From an uncultured Alphaproteobacteria bacterium (GTDB taxonomy: Bacteria > Pseudomonadota > Alphaproteobacteria > RF32 > CAG-239): a stretch of DNA of 64,000 bases. This document shows, piece by piece, positions 55,444 to 64,000 of this stretch. Made by a program: the position numbers and the translations under genes. Every line of letters begins with the position of its first letter. Position 1 is the stretch's first letter. The notes beneath the pieces were generated by a model. That model was not told the DNA's origin. It saw nothing but the letters and a program-made list of their open reading frames with translations, and ran no database searches. Location of the stretch: contig CAKQLF010000003.1 in the NCBI GenBank assembly GCA_934254585.1, positions 39,371 through 103,370 of the forward strand. The letters are read 5' to 3'.

Positions 55444-56079
55444 TTAAAAAACAATCGTAACATTGCAGCGTTGTGTTTTGTTGCAGGAATCACAAAACTC
55501 TTTCATTTGTGTTAAGGTTAAATTGCTTAAGCAATTGGATTTATTACAGTATGCATCACCATAGTAATATCCTGAGCCTCCACCAACCATCAGCATACCA
55601 TAAATTGTTTGATGTAGCGGTTGAACAATATTATTTAACATTTCAAAACAAATTTTTTCATTGAAATTATCAGACGATTTATTGCCTTGCTCATCTATAT
55701 TCAGTCCTCCTAAGTTGAAATCAATAATGATTCCTTCTTTAGTAAAAGAGGTATGAATATTGTCTGGTTGCCGATATCTTGCATTAACCCAGTTTCCTAA
55801 ACTGTCTTGCAGATATGCTGCATCTAATTTCGTCCAAGTGCTTGGTACAAGATTAAGAGTTATGATATAGTCGGTCAAATACTGTTCATATTTGATATTT
55901 TTTTGAAAACTTTGACGATATTCAAGCAAGCCGAAAATTAAATCATTATATTCTTGAATTAGTTTATTAACCTTAAATCTTTCCATCGCTTTGCTATAGC
56001 CGGCAATACCGCCAACGCTCAGCACGGCGATGATGGCCAAAACGCCTAACATTTCAATCATACTTCTTCCGCACTGCAC
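55444..56079 (-). CDS. Type IV pilin-like protein (paralog B)
   Basis: In-frame GTG at 56079 would give the leader (M)QCG-RSMIEMLGVLAIIAVLSVGGIAGYSKAM. The frame is open further upstream to at least 56436, and the start is unresolved. Confidence 0.7.
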   Translation of the reverse strand: MQCGRSMIEMLGVLAIIAVLSVGGIAGYSKAMERFKVNKLIQEYNDLIFGLLEYRQSFQKNIKYEQYLTDYIITLNLVPSTWTKLDAAYLQDSLGNWVNARYRQPDNIHTSFTKEGIIIDFNLGGLNIDEQGNKSSDNFNEKICFEMLNNIVQPLHQTIYGMLMVGGGSGYYYGDAYCNKSNCLSNLTLTQMKEFCDSCNKTQRCNVTIVF

Positions 56080-56104
56080 GCCATCTGCTAGGAATTTTCG
56101 CGCT

Positions 56105-56238
56105 CGTGTACTTTTTTTGTACACGTCGCTTAAAAATCCCGTCGCATCTGACGCACATTGCGGAAGAAGATTTCTAATATGTTTTGTCTGTCTGGTCACT
56201 ACTTGCGCTTTTCTCACTCGTGTACTACTCTGTACACA
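56105..56238 (-). repeat. Two copies of a GTGTAC-loop-GTACAC-GAG hairpin module in the paralog B leader
   Basis: Plus strand CGTGTAC-T7-GTACACG at 56105..56125 and GTGTAC-tactct-GTACAC at 56220..56237. The flanks CTCG/GAAAA are also shared. Confidence 0.8.
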
Positions 56239-56345
56239 TTGTTCGAAAAGTGCGGCGTATTGACGCACGACATCCAAACCCTTGAATGTGATGTTGGTTT
56301 TCTTTTTATGGTCAAGCACCACTTTATTGTCATTGCCGGACGTGT

Positions 56346-56451
56346 CCCGAGAATCTTGTGCGAACCGACACTTATGTAATAATAAGGCAAATTTATTGAC
56401 TAGGTTAGTACCTTGTTGCAACAAGATTCTAGGCACAGGGCTTAGAATGAC
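56346..56451 (-). repeat. Conserved leader block 1 (copy B)
   Basis: See copy A at 42019..42124. Confidence 0.9.
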
Positions 56452-56541
56452 TGGTGCTAGAATTGCTTGCTTTGTGCCGCCTGCCAGTTTCGTGCTGTGC
56501 TTGTTATTCTCGCATACATCATTTTTTCTGCCAAACCCTAC

Positions 56542-56698
56542 AAAAACGTCTGTAGCGGCAAAAAATGTACCTTTAATCAGACATTTAGGATTTGCAGAGA
56601 GAGAGAGAGACCTTTTGATTGCTTATTTTTCATCTTTCTTTCCTCATAAAATAGGTGAATTATTAAACATCTAAACTCTAGCAAACTCTTCTTAATAA
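56542..56698 (-). repeat. Conserved leader/promoter block 2 (copy B)
   Basis: See copy A at 42182..42342. (AG)7 tract at 56596..56610. Confidence 0.9.
56557..56572 (-). promoter_or_regulatory. Sigma-54-type -24/-12 candidate upstream of pilin-like paralog B
   Basis: Minus strand reads AGGTACATTTTTTGCC. GG-N10-GC is kept; there is one change (C to T) in the -24 element relative to copy A. Confidence 0.4.
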
Positions 56699-56708
56699 GT
56701 CAATAAAG

Positions 56709-57206
56709 TCAATATAAATGTTTGCAAAAAGCCAATATTTGTTGCAGAGCTTGGTGCGGTTGGTTTAGCTGTATTTTATTTTTGTCGATATAACAGCAAT
56801 TATTTTTCTCATCATACAGACAATAAGGTGTCACAAATTTTTTTCCATATACGGGGCTGTCATCAATATGCACGCAAATATTTTCACGTTGACAATATTC
56901 CGCTTTGGCTTTGTTCCACAAATTATCGTCAACCTTAAACGAACCATCATCAAAAAAAGCTATTTGGTGTCTTTGTTCGTAATAATCATAAATGCACCAT
57001 AATTTAGTATAAGGAATTTGATATTGATTCAGATAAGACAAAATTGTTTCGCGCGGTCCGCCGCTGATAATATAAACTTCCAAATTGTTTTTCAGGGCTT
57101 CAAGCAAAAATAGCCTGAAAAAATCAGGTTTGACATTTATTACACCGTGAAAGTCTATGCCTATTTTAGTTTTAGTAAGTTGTTTCATTTCCAAAGTTTT
57201 TTGCAT
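56709..57206 (-). CDS. Hypothetical protein (165 aa), possibly HAD-like fold
   Basis: KIGIDFHGVIN near the N-terminus resembles HAD motif I, but with His in place of the second Asp. Overlaps the upstream gene end by up to 35 nt. Confidence 0.5.
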   Translation of the reverse strand: MQKTLEMKQLTKTKIGIDFHGVINVKPDFFRLFLLEALKNNLEVYIISGGPRETILSYLNQYQIPYTKLWCIYDYYEQRHQIAFFDDGSFKVDDNLWNKAKAEYCQRENICVHIDDSPVYGKKFVTPYCLYDEKNNCCYIDKNKIQLNQPHQALQQILAFCKHLY

Positions 57207-60200
57207 ACCATTCTTTCAAAGAGTTGGGGCTGAGCATAGATAAAGAGTTTATATCCACTTTGGCATTGTCGGCGTTGCCGTTAATTTTGTATGTTGCGGC
57301 AAAAATTGTTCCATCTTTGCTGGCGAGTAAATTACCAACCACCGGAATTTTGCCCAAAAAGCGGTTAATGCTATAGGCCGGAGCAATTACACCGTGCATT
57401 TTTATGTCATCTGTGGCGCGGTTATAGGTGCCATCGGTGGTTATTCCCACAACGTTTCCTTCTGCCTTAGCCTGTTTCAGAGTTAAAATTTTATACTGAT
57501 ATTCAAAAGGGGCGTTAAAGTGAGTAAAGGTTAAGCCGTCTCCTTTTAACAAATCTAACATCCCCGTAAAAGAGGCAACACTCAACAATTTTGCCACCAC
57601 TGGGGCGTTTTGAATACTAAAATCGCGTACTTGCATATGACCGATAAATTTTTTATCTGCTTGGCGGCGAGCTTCAATTTTCATTGTTCCGCCAACCATA
57701 TTATCATATAGCCTTAATACTTTAAGGGTACTGCCGGCATTGTTACTGTCAATAGTTAAATAGTGTTCTTTATTGCCTTTAGGAATGTAATCGAGTTTCA
57801 ATTTAATTGATTTATCAATACCATAGTTACCAACCATATGCAATTCATCCATACCGATACCATAACGTATTTTTGCACTTCCGGCAAAATTTTGGATTGG
57901 GGTTGAATTGTTTGTCCATAAACGATTAACCGTCATAAAAATATCGGTAGTATTGGCTTTTTCCAAGCCATCATCATCATTTTCCTGAACCGGTAATTGT
58001 TTGTTGTCTTTTTGACGTTTTTCTTTAACTTTCTCAAAAAATGTTGATAAATCATAGCTCAGGCCGGATATGTCGACTTTCAATTGCGGATTATTGCTGT
58101 CTGTAAGACTGACTTTGGCTCGCGCAGAAGTTTTAGGTCCTTTAATTTGATTAATATCAACCGATTTTACGCGTCCGCTTGGATACATACTCAACCCACC
58201 GGAAATATTAAATCCGGATTTCTGTAGATTTATGTTTTTAATCGCGGTTATTTTGTCTTTTTTAATTGTGACATCGGCACTGGCCGAAGCGTTTTGTTTC
58301 AGCTCTTTCACAAAACCGAGAAAAGCATAATCAATAGCCGCGTTTTTCAAATCTGCTTTCAATTTTATGCTAATGTCGTTGTTTTGCTGCACTGTAATAT
58401 CGGCGTCAACCAGAGCGTATCCTTCAATATTCGGAGCTTGCAGAATGGCCCAGTCCAATCCCAAAGCCTTTTTAGCAGCGTCGTCAAACTTAAAGGAAAT
58501 GTTACATTTGCTTTTATATTTTTTTTCGGCAAATTTTTCTTGAATATTCAATTGTATCGGTAAAGAATCGTAATTTGCTTCGCCGGTTAAACTCCACCCC
58601 GCCGAATTAACTTCTAAAAGCAGATTAGGAGAAGATAGGGTGTGATTTGGCACAAATTCCGTATTTGATACATCGTGCAAATCGGCTTTGACTTCAATTT
58701 TTATGTCTTTAGCGTCTAAATCCTGTTTCAGTTCAAAATCCAATTTTAACTGTACATCAACATTACCTTTAATACTTTTAGAATCTACACCCATTCCGGA
58801 GGCAATTTTTAACGGTGGATTGTTTATCAAATTCAGGGCATCTGTAATGCTTGAATTTCCTATCAGATTAATTGAAATAAAGTTGTCTTCTTTATCTAAA
58901 TCATAAATATTGACATTGCCGCCGGTTATAATAACGCCATCGCTGACGCCTTTGTCCACATCAATTGAAATATTGTGCTGTGTAAACTTAGCTCGGCCGT
59001 AAACATTGTGAACTTCCGGCATTCCGTCTAAATAGTGCAGGTCGCCATCTTCCAAATCTGCAATTCCATCTAAACTGAGCAGACCGAAAGATTTTGTTTT
59101 ATTGTCATATCCGAATTTAAAGGCAAATAGAGCGTTTTTAGCCATACCGGAGGTTAAACCGTCTTTACACCATTGCCACGCCGGCTCAGCCAAATATCTT
59201 GGCCAAAAACGCGAAAGATATTCTAAAGAAAATTCATCAATTTCTGCCTTAAATTCCGCTGTTACGCCTTCAAGCGAATGTTCCAGATAATAGTTCTCCA
59301 AGCCGTTGGCCTGAAAACTGATTTTGGCTGTCTGCCCCCCCATTTTGAAGTCGGCATTATTTATTTTCAGTTCATCAAAACCTCCGCTGAGTTCTCCGGT
59401 CAACATAACTTCATCAATTTCGTAGTTATATTTTTCATCTTTATCAAATGCAATATATCCGTGTCCGCCATCAAGTTCAAAGTTAATTTTTTGCAGCGCA
59501 TCGCTTAAATAAGCGGCGGCGTTTTCCGGATGTTGTAAAATTTCGGACAAATTAACAATGGTGTCAATTTTCCCGTTTACCGGAACATCAATGTTCAAAG
59601 CTGATAACGGAGTGTCTCCAACATTTTTAGAGTCTAAACCTTTGAGTATATCCGACAAGATTAAATCGGAAAAATAAACTTCCAAATCAAGTTTATCATT
59701 TGTGGCGTGATATTCGCTTTCAAAACCGACCGAAGCTATTTGTTCGTTCAAATTTACCAGAGCGTCGGCGTTAAGTTCCAAATTAACCAAATTACGGCTA
59801 AACTCAAAATTCAAGTCCGACAGCATCCATTTTCGCCCGAGATTAACTTCGTGAAACTCAACTTCAGCACCTTTAATGGTAATATTATTCACATAGCTTT
59901 CGGGATAAATTTTCTCTTCCGAATTATAATTGTTTAGAAATTCCTTTAGTTTTTCCACATAAAAGGTGAGTTTTCGTTTATTTACTTCATTAATATTTTC
60001 TTTTTCCACCCCATAGTCGGCAAAAATATAAACCGTAGGATTTTCTATGCTGACATCGCTTGGAGCAATAATGCCTTTAAGCAGAGCCCGCAAACTGAAA
60101 GAAAGATATAACTTAGGCGCGCTTATTGAAAAATTTCCGTCTTTTTTCTTTAAGTTAATATCCTCTGCCGTAATGCGTAAAGGTTGAATCGAGCGTACAA

Positions 60201-60405
60201 GCTCCAAATTCACATTACCTAAACCAACGCTGTAATCACTTTCATCATAATTAAGAGCCTGAATGATGTAAGGTTTCAAATATGGCACGGAAACCGGCCC
60301 TTTATACAGTGTCCACATAAACAGCAGCAACACCACAAACATACCAACCATAAAAAAATTTAAGGTTTTGCGTAAAAAATATAATTGTGGCGATAATTTT
60401 TTCAT
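57172..60405 (-). CDS. Large AsmA/YhdP-like envelope protein (DUF3971-type)
   Basis: 1077 aa. A single N-terminal TM followed by a long beta-rich, repeat-like sequence. The C-terminal GKIPVVGNLLASKDGTIFAATYKINGNADNAKVDIN resembles the AsmA-like C-terminus. Confidence 0.6.
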   Translation of the reverse strand: MKKLSPQLYFLRKTLNFFMVGMFVVLLLFMWTLYKGPVSVPYLKPYIIQALNYDESDYSVGLGNVNLELVRSIQPLRITAEDINLKKKDGNFSISAPKLYLSFSLRALLKGIIAPSDVSIENPTVYIFADYGVEKENINEVNKRKLTFYVEKLKEFLNNYNSEEKIYPESYVNNITIKGAEVEFHEVNLGRKWMLSDLNFEFSRNLVNLELNADALVNLNEQIASVGFESEYHATNDKLDLEVYFSDLILSDILKGLDSKNVGDTPLSALNIDVPVNGKIDTIVNLSEILQHPENAAAYLSDALQKINFELDGGHGYIAFDKDEKYNYEIDEVMLTGELSGGFDELKINNADFKMGGQTAKISFQANGLENYYLEHSLEGVTAEFKAEIDEFSLEYLSRFWPRYLAEPAWQWCKDGLTSGMAKNALFAFKFGYDNKTKSFGLLSLDGIADLEDGDLHYLDGMPEVHNVYGRAKFTQHNISIDVDKGVSDGVIITGGNVNIYDLDKEDNFISINLIGNSSITDALNLINNPPLKIASGMGVDSKSIKGNVDVQLKLDFELKQDLDAKDIKIEVKADLHDVSNTEFVPNHTLSSPNLLLEVNSAGWSLTGEANYDSLPIQLNIQEKFAEKKYKSKCNISFKFDDAAKKALGLDWAILQAPNIEGYALVDADITVQQNNDISIKLKADLKNAAIDYAFLGFVKELKQNASASADVTIKKDKITAIKNINLQKSGFNISGGLSMYPSGRVKSVDINQIKGPKTSARAKVSLTDSNNPQLKVDISGLSYDLSTFFEKVKEKRQKDNKQLPVQENDDDGLEKANTTDIFMTVNRLWTNNSTPIQNFAGSAKIRYGIGMDELHMVGNYGIDKSIKLKLDYIPKGNKEHYLTIDSNNAGSTLKVLRLYDNMVGGTMKIEARRQADKKFIGHMQVRDFSIQNAPVVAKLLSVASFTGMLDLLKGDGLTFTHFNAPFEYQYKILTLKQAKAEGNVVGITTDGTYNRATDDIKMHGVIAPAYSINRFLGKIPVVGNLLASKDGTIFAATYKINGNADNAKVDINSLSMLSPNSLKEWYAKNFGNETTY

Positions 60406-60420
60406 TAACTTTTCCCAAAA

Positions 60421-61537
60421 TCAGACCAACGGATTTTCACTTTGTATTTTTTGCGCCAGTGCCGCCGACAAGAACAAATCAATGTCACCGTCCAAAACGC
60501 CTTTAATATCAGAGGATTCGGCGTTGGTGCGTAAATCTTTTATCAAGCGGTATGGTTGTAAAACATAGGAGCGGATTTGATATCCCCAACCATTGTCCCC
60601 CTGATTATCACGCACTTCTTGAGCTTTATCGGCACGCTTTTGCATTTCTCTTTCATATAAGCGCGCTCTAAGCATTTTCCAACAATTGTCGCGGTTTTGA
60701 AATTGCGAACGTTGAGTTTGGCTTGAAACCACAATTCCTGTAGGAATATGCGTGATTCGCACGGCGGAGTCTGTTTTGTTAATATGTTGTCCGCCGGCAC
60801 CGGAGGCACGATAAGTGTCAATACGGCAGTCGGATTCGTTAATTTCTATTTGAATATTATCATCAATAACCGGATAAATTCCGATGGAGGCAAAGCTTGT
60901 ATGGCGTCTTGCCGCGCTGTCAAACGGCGAAATGCGCACCAATCTGTGAACGCCGCTTTCCGATTTCAGCCAACCATAGGCGTTGTGTCCGCTGATTTTA
61001 ATGGTGGCAGATTTTATTCCGGCAACATCGCCTTCGGTTTCTTCAATATATTCAACTTTATAATGATGTGTTTCCGCCCAACGAATATACATTCTGAGCA
61101 GCATTTGCGCCCAGTCCATAGCTTCGGTTCCACCGCTGCCGGCGTGCACTTCCAAATAAGTGTCGTTTCCATCGGCCTCGCCGGAAAGCAAAGCCTCCAA
61201 TTCAGCGTGTTTAACCGATTTTTGCAAATTATCCAAATTTGTTTGCAGCTCAGCAAGCATTGCTTCATCATTTTCACTTTCGGCAAACTCAATCATTTCC
61301 GCATAATCATCAAGTGTTTGTACATAGCCGTCATAGGCATCTAAAGACGCTTCAAGCGTATTTTTTTCACTCATCAATTTTTGGGCTTTTTCTTGATTTT
61401 CCCAAAGATTCGGATCGGCTGATAAGGCTTCTAATTCTTCACGGCGTTGAACAGCGTTGTCATAGTCAAAGAGACCTCCTCAGCAATGCTAATGATTGCT
61501 TAATTTCGGTAATGATATTATAAAATTCTGCCCGCAT
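60421..61537 (-). CDS. prfB: Peptide chain release factor 2, with programmed +1 frameshift
   Basis: Frame 0 reads ATG(61537) MRAEFYNIITEIKQSLALLRRSL then TGA. The site AGGAGG-TCT-CTT-TGA-C lies at 61465..61480. The +1 frame continues DYDNAVQRREELE... into the 318-aa track ORF, which carries SPF and GGQ. Confidence 0.95.
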
Positions 61538-63969
61538 TAATATTCTCCTCCCATTTGAACGGAACTGTCGTCATTTTCCGGACCGGCAATACTTTCATCT
61601 CCATCGCCGATAACCCGCTGTTTGTTATTAAATTCAAAATCAGGTTTAAGTGCCTCAATAATCACCGTCGAGTCGCTTGGAGAAGAAGGCTTTCCGGTTT
61701 GCGGATTTACTCTGACTAACTTGATGCCTTCCGGAATACGGAAATTTGTGTCCGGAGAATTTTTCAAAGCTTCGGCCATAAAATCATAAAAAATAGGCAA
61801 AGCCGCTCTGGCTCCGGTTTCCGAACGCCCTAAACTTATCGGTTCGTCATAGCCCACATAAACACCGGCCACCAAATCAGGAGTAAAGCCGACAAACCAA
61901 GCGTCTTTGGTTTCATTGGTGGTTCCGGTTTTTCCGGCAACGTGACGATGCAACCCGTTCAAACGCGCTCCGGTTCCGCGGGTGGCAACGCCTTCCAAAA
62001 TAGAGGTCATTTGATAAGCCGACAGAGGGTCTACCACTTGTTCGCGAACTACTTTGAAGTCCGGAGCAGGTTGATTTTCCCATTTAGCGGCGTGACAGTC
62101 AGGACACGGAGTTTGTTCGTGACGATAAATCGTATGTCCTTTACGGTCTTGAATACGTTCAATCATATATGGAGGCACCTTCTTTCCGCCGTTGACAATA
62201 ACGGCATAGGCGGCAACCATACTGATAACTCGGGTGTCAGCCGCTCCTAAAGAAGAGGAAAGATATGGTGCCAAATGGTCGTTAACTCCGATACGCTTAG
62301 ACATTTCAACGATTTTATCCATACCGATATCTTGAGCCAAACGTACTGTCATTAGGTTTTTAGATAATTCCACTCCGCGGCGCAAAGTCATTAAGCCATA
62401 AAATTTTTTAGAAAAGTTTACCGGTTTCCATTTTGGCATACCAACACCTTGATCCAACACAAAAGGAGCGTCCAAAATCAAATCTGTAGGAGAATATCCA
62501 AGTTCCAACGCTGTCAAATAAACAAAAGGCTTGAATGTCGAGCCTGTCTGTCGATAGGCTTGAGTTGCGCGGTTAAACTGTGATTTAGCAAAAGAAAAAC
62601 CTCCGACCAAGGCCAAAACTTTGCCGGTATGCGGGTCCATAACCGCCATACCGCCTTCCACTTCGGGAATTTGGCGCAAATTATATTGTTCTTGTTTGTT
62701 GTCGGCAACTTTTTCCGCATATATCACATCGCCTTTTTGCAAAACTTGTTCGACCGATGTCGGAACCGGTCCCAAATTTTTACCCTTTTCGGCAAAACGA
62801 GCCCAATTCAGCAAGGTCAAAGGAATTATACCATTTTTACCGGATGCGGTTTCTATTTCGGCTTTATCCTTGGCCACCTTCAAAACCACGGCCTTTTCCC
62901 AGGTATCTTCTGCTCCACCCACAAGTTTTGCCTCTTGCAGGCTTTTTTTATAATTTTCATCAATCTTAATTTTTGCGGTGGCTCCGCGCCAACCGTGCCG
63001 ACGGTCATATTCAATTAAACCCTTGCGCAGTGCTTTAGTGGCTATTTCCTGTAAACGCGGGTCAATAGTGGTGCGGACAATCAGACCACCTTGATACAGT
63101 GCTTCGTCACCAAAATTACGACTGATGGTACGGCGCACTTCTTCGCTGTAATATTCCGTGTCTTTTAAGAAACCGCTTTTGCGTTCAACAACAGTCAACG
63201 GACGTTTTTTAGCTTCTTCGGCTTCTTTTTCATCAGCATAACCGTCTTCAACCATACGGGAAATCACCCAGTTTCGACGAGCGACGGCGGCATCATATTT
63301 TGTTTTGGGATTATAGTTGTTAGGACCTTTAGGCAACGCCGCTAAATAGGCAATTTCATCAAGCGTCAAATCATCAAGCGACTTACCAAAATAGTTCATT
63401 GCAGCAGCAGCCACGCCATAAGCGCGGTTACCTAAATAAATTTCATTAAGATAAAGTTCCAAAATATGTTCTTTGGAAAAAGCCTTGTCAATGCGTCTGG
63501 CTAAAATAGCTTCCTTAATTTTACGCGTATAAGAGAGTTCGGAGCTCAGCAAAAAATTTTTAGCCACTTGTTGCGTAATTGTTGAAGCACCGGCAGGGCG
63601 TCTGCCTGTTCCGATTTTTTTCAGGTTACCGATAACAGCGCGGACAATGCCTAAATAATCAATGCCGGAGTGGGTATAGAAATGTTTATCTTCTGCGGCT
63701 ATAAAGGCGTGCTTAACTTTATCGGGAATTTTTTCAATTGGCACGAATAAGCGTTTTTCGGCGGCATATTCCATCATAACTTGACCATCACCCGCAAAAA
63801 GACGGGTGGTTACCGGCGGTTCATAGGTTTCCAATTGGCGGTAGTCCGGAATAGTTATATTTATTTTGGTAATGCCATAAGTAATGCCTATTACCAAAAC
63901 AATTAGAAAAAACAAAGCCATACTGGCCAAATAAGATAAAATTCTCAGCATTTGTTCCCACTTACGCAA
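61537..63969 (-). CDS. mrcA: Penicillin-binding protein 1A (bifunctional transglycosylase/transpeptidase)
   Basis: GT51 motifs (FIAAEDKHFYTHSGID, RKIKEAILA), transpeptidase STFKP and KTGTT. The track start is TTG 63969; an ATG lies at 63951. The stop codon overlaps the prfB ATG by 1 nt (TAATG). Confidence 0.95.
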   Translation of the reverse strand: MRKWEQMLRILSYLASMALFFLIVLVIGITYGITKINITIPDYRQLETYEPPVTTRLFAGDGQVMMEYAAEKRLFVPIEKIPDKVKHAFIAAEDKHFYTHSGIDYLGIVRAVIGNLKKIGTGRRPAGASTITQQVAKNFLLSSELSYTRKIKEAILARRIDKAFSKEHILELYLNEIYLGNRAYGVAAAAMNYFGKSLDDLTLDEIAYLAALPKGPNNYNPKTKYDAAVARRNWVISRMVEDGYADEKEAEEAKKRPLTVVERKSGFLKDTEYYSEEVRRTISRNFGDEALYQGGLIVRTTIDPRLQEIATKALRKGLIEYDRRHGWRGATAKIKIDENYKKSLQEAKLVGGAEDTWEKAVVLKVAKDKAEIETASGKNGIIPLTLLNWARFAEKGKNLGPVPTSVEQVLQKGDVIYAEKVADNKQEQYNLRQIPEVEGGMAVMDPHTGKVLALVGGFSFAKSQFNRATQAYRQTGSTFKPFVYLTALELGYSPTDLILDAPFVLDQGVGMPKWKPVNFSKKFYGLMTLRRGVELSKNLMTVRLAQDIGMDKIVEMSKRIGVNDHLAPYLSSSLGAADTRVISMVAAYAVIVNGGKKVPPYMIERIQDRKGHTIYRHEQTPCPDCHAAKWENQPAPDFKVVREQVVDPLSAYQMTSILEGVATRGTGARLNGLHRHVAGKTGTTNETKDAWFVGFTPDLVAGVYVGYDEPISLGRSETGARAALPIFYDFMAEALKNSPDTNFRIPEGIKLVRVNPQTGKPSSPSDSTVIIEALKPDFEFNNKQRVIGDGDESIAGPENDDSSVQMGGEY

Positions 63970-64000
63970 GTTAAAAATTTATTGAAAATTTATAACAATC

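Noticed and set aside
60748-61344. 198-aa plus-strand ORF
   Set aside because: It is antisense to prfB, which carries the SPF and GGQ motifs on the other strand.

Overview
This 64-kb window comes from a low-GC, Gram-negative, proteobacterium-like chromosome. GC was judged by eye, not computed. No database search was possible, so every family name rests on motifs I read in the translations.

**Core backbone**
- 1-18.3 kb: secF-secD-yajC, an NlpD-like dLytM lipoprotein, a PAS/degenerate-GGDEF protein, sufBCD, a TPR lipoprotein, family-4 UDG, two secreted paralogs, tolQRA, an ArnT/PMT-like membrane protein, and rubrerythrin with a Fur/PerR-like regulator.
- 42.4-64 kb: dnaK, an inserted ORF, dnaJ, a thymidine-phosphorylase-family gene, comM, rpsF-rpsR-rplI, an AsmA/YhdP-like giant protein, prfB with its +1 frameshift, and PBP1A.

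**Accessory tract, about 18.3-41 kb, ending at a tRNA-Met(CAT)**
- A repeat protein, a GH24-like lipoprotein, LicD and GT8 surface-decoration genes.
- A MuF-motif protein fused to a T4-lysozyme-like domain.
- An AAA_14/DUF4143 ATPase preceded by three direct repeats phased at 33 bp.
- A Pif1-like helicase with a C-terminal WYL domain.
- A nine-gene co-directional type I R-M operon, in transcription order: hsdM, RhuM-Doc, 2-TM TPR protein, hsdS, 279-aa unknown, 108-aa trypco2-like protein, hsdR, LMW phosphatase, 304-aa unknown.

**Best candidates for an undescribed system**
- The interleaved genes of the R-M operon, above all the translationally coupled 279-aa/108-aa pair between hsdS and hsdR. 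The hsdR-coupled phosphatase plus the 304-aa protein comes second.

**Other notable structure**
- The tRNA-Met 3' end is present three times, within a 173-bp tandem repeat that has a GC-rich core.
- Four paralogous type-IV-pilin-like genes have an invariant N-terminus (G|RSMIEMLGVLAII) and no assembly genes in the window.
- Two of these pilin-like genes have about 450-nt upstream regions that share conserved blocks. Those blocks carry a sigma-54-type GG-N10-GC motif, an (AG)7 tract, and families of perfect hairpins.
- A 702-aa secreted protein has a trypsin-like domain that appears to lack its catalytic triad.

No CRISPR array, rRNA, integrase or intact transposase was seen.
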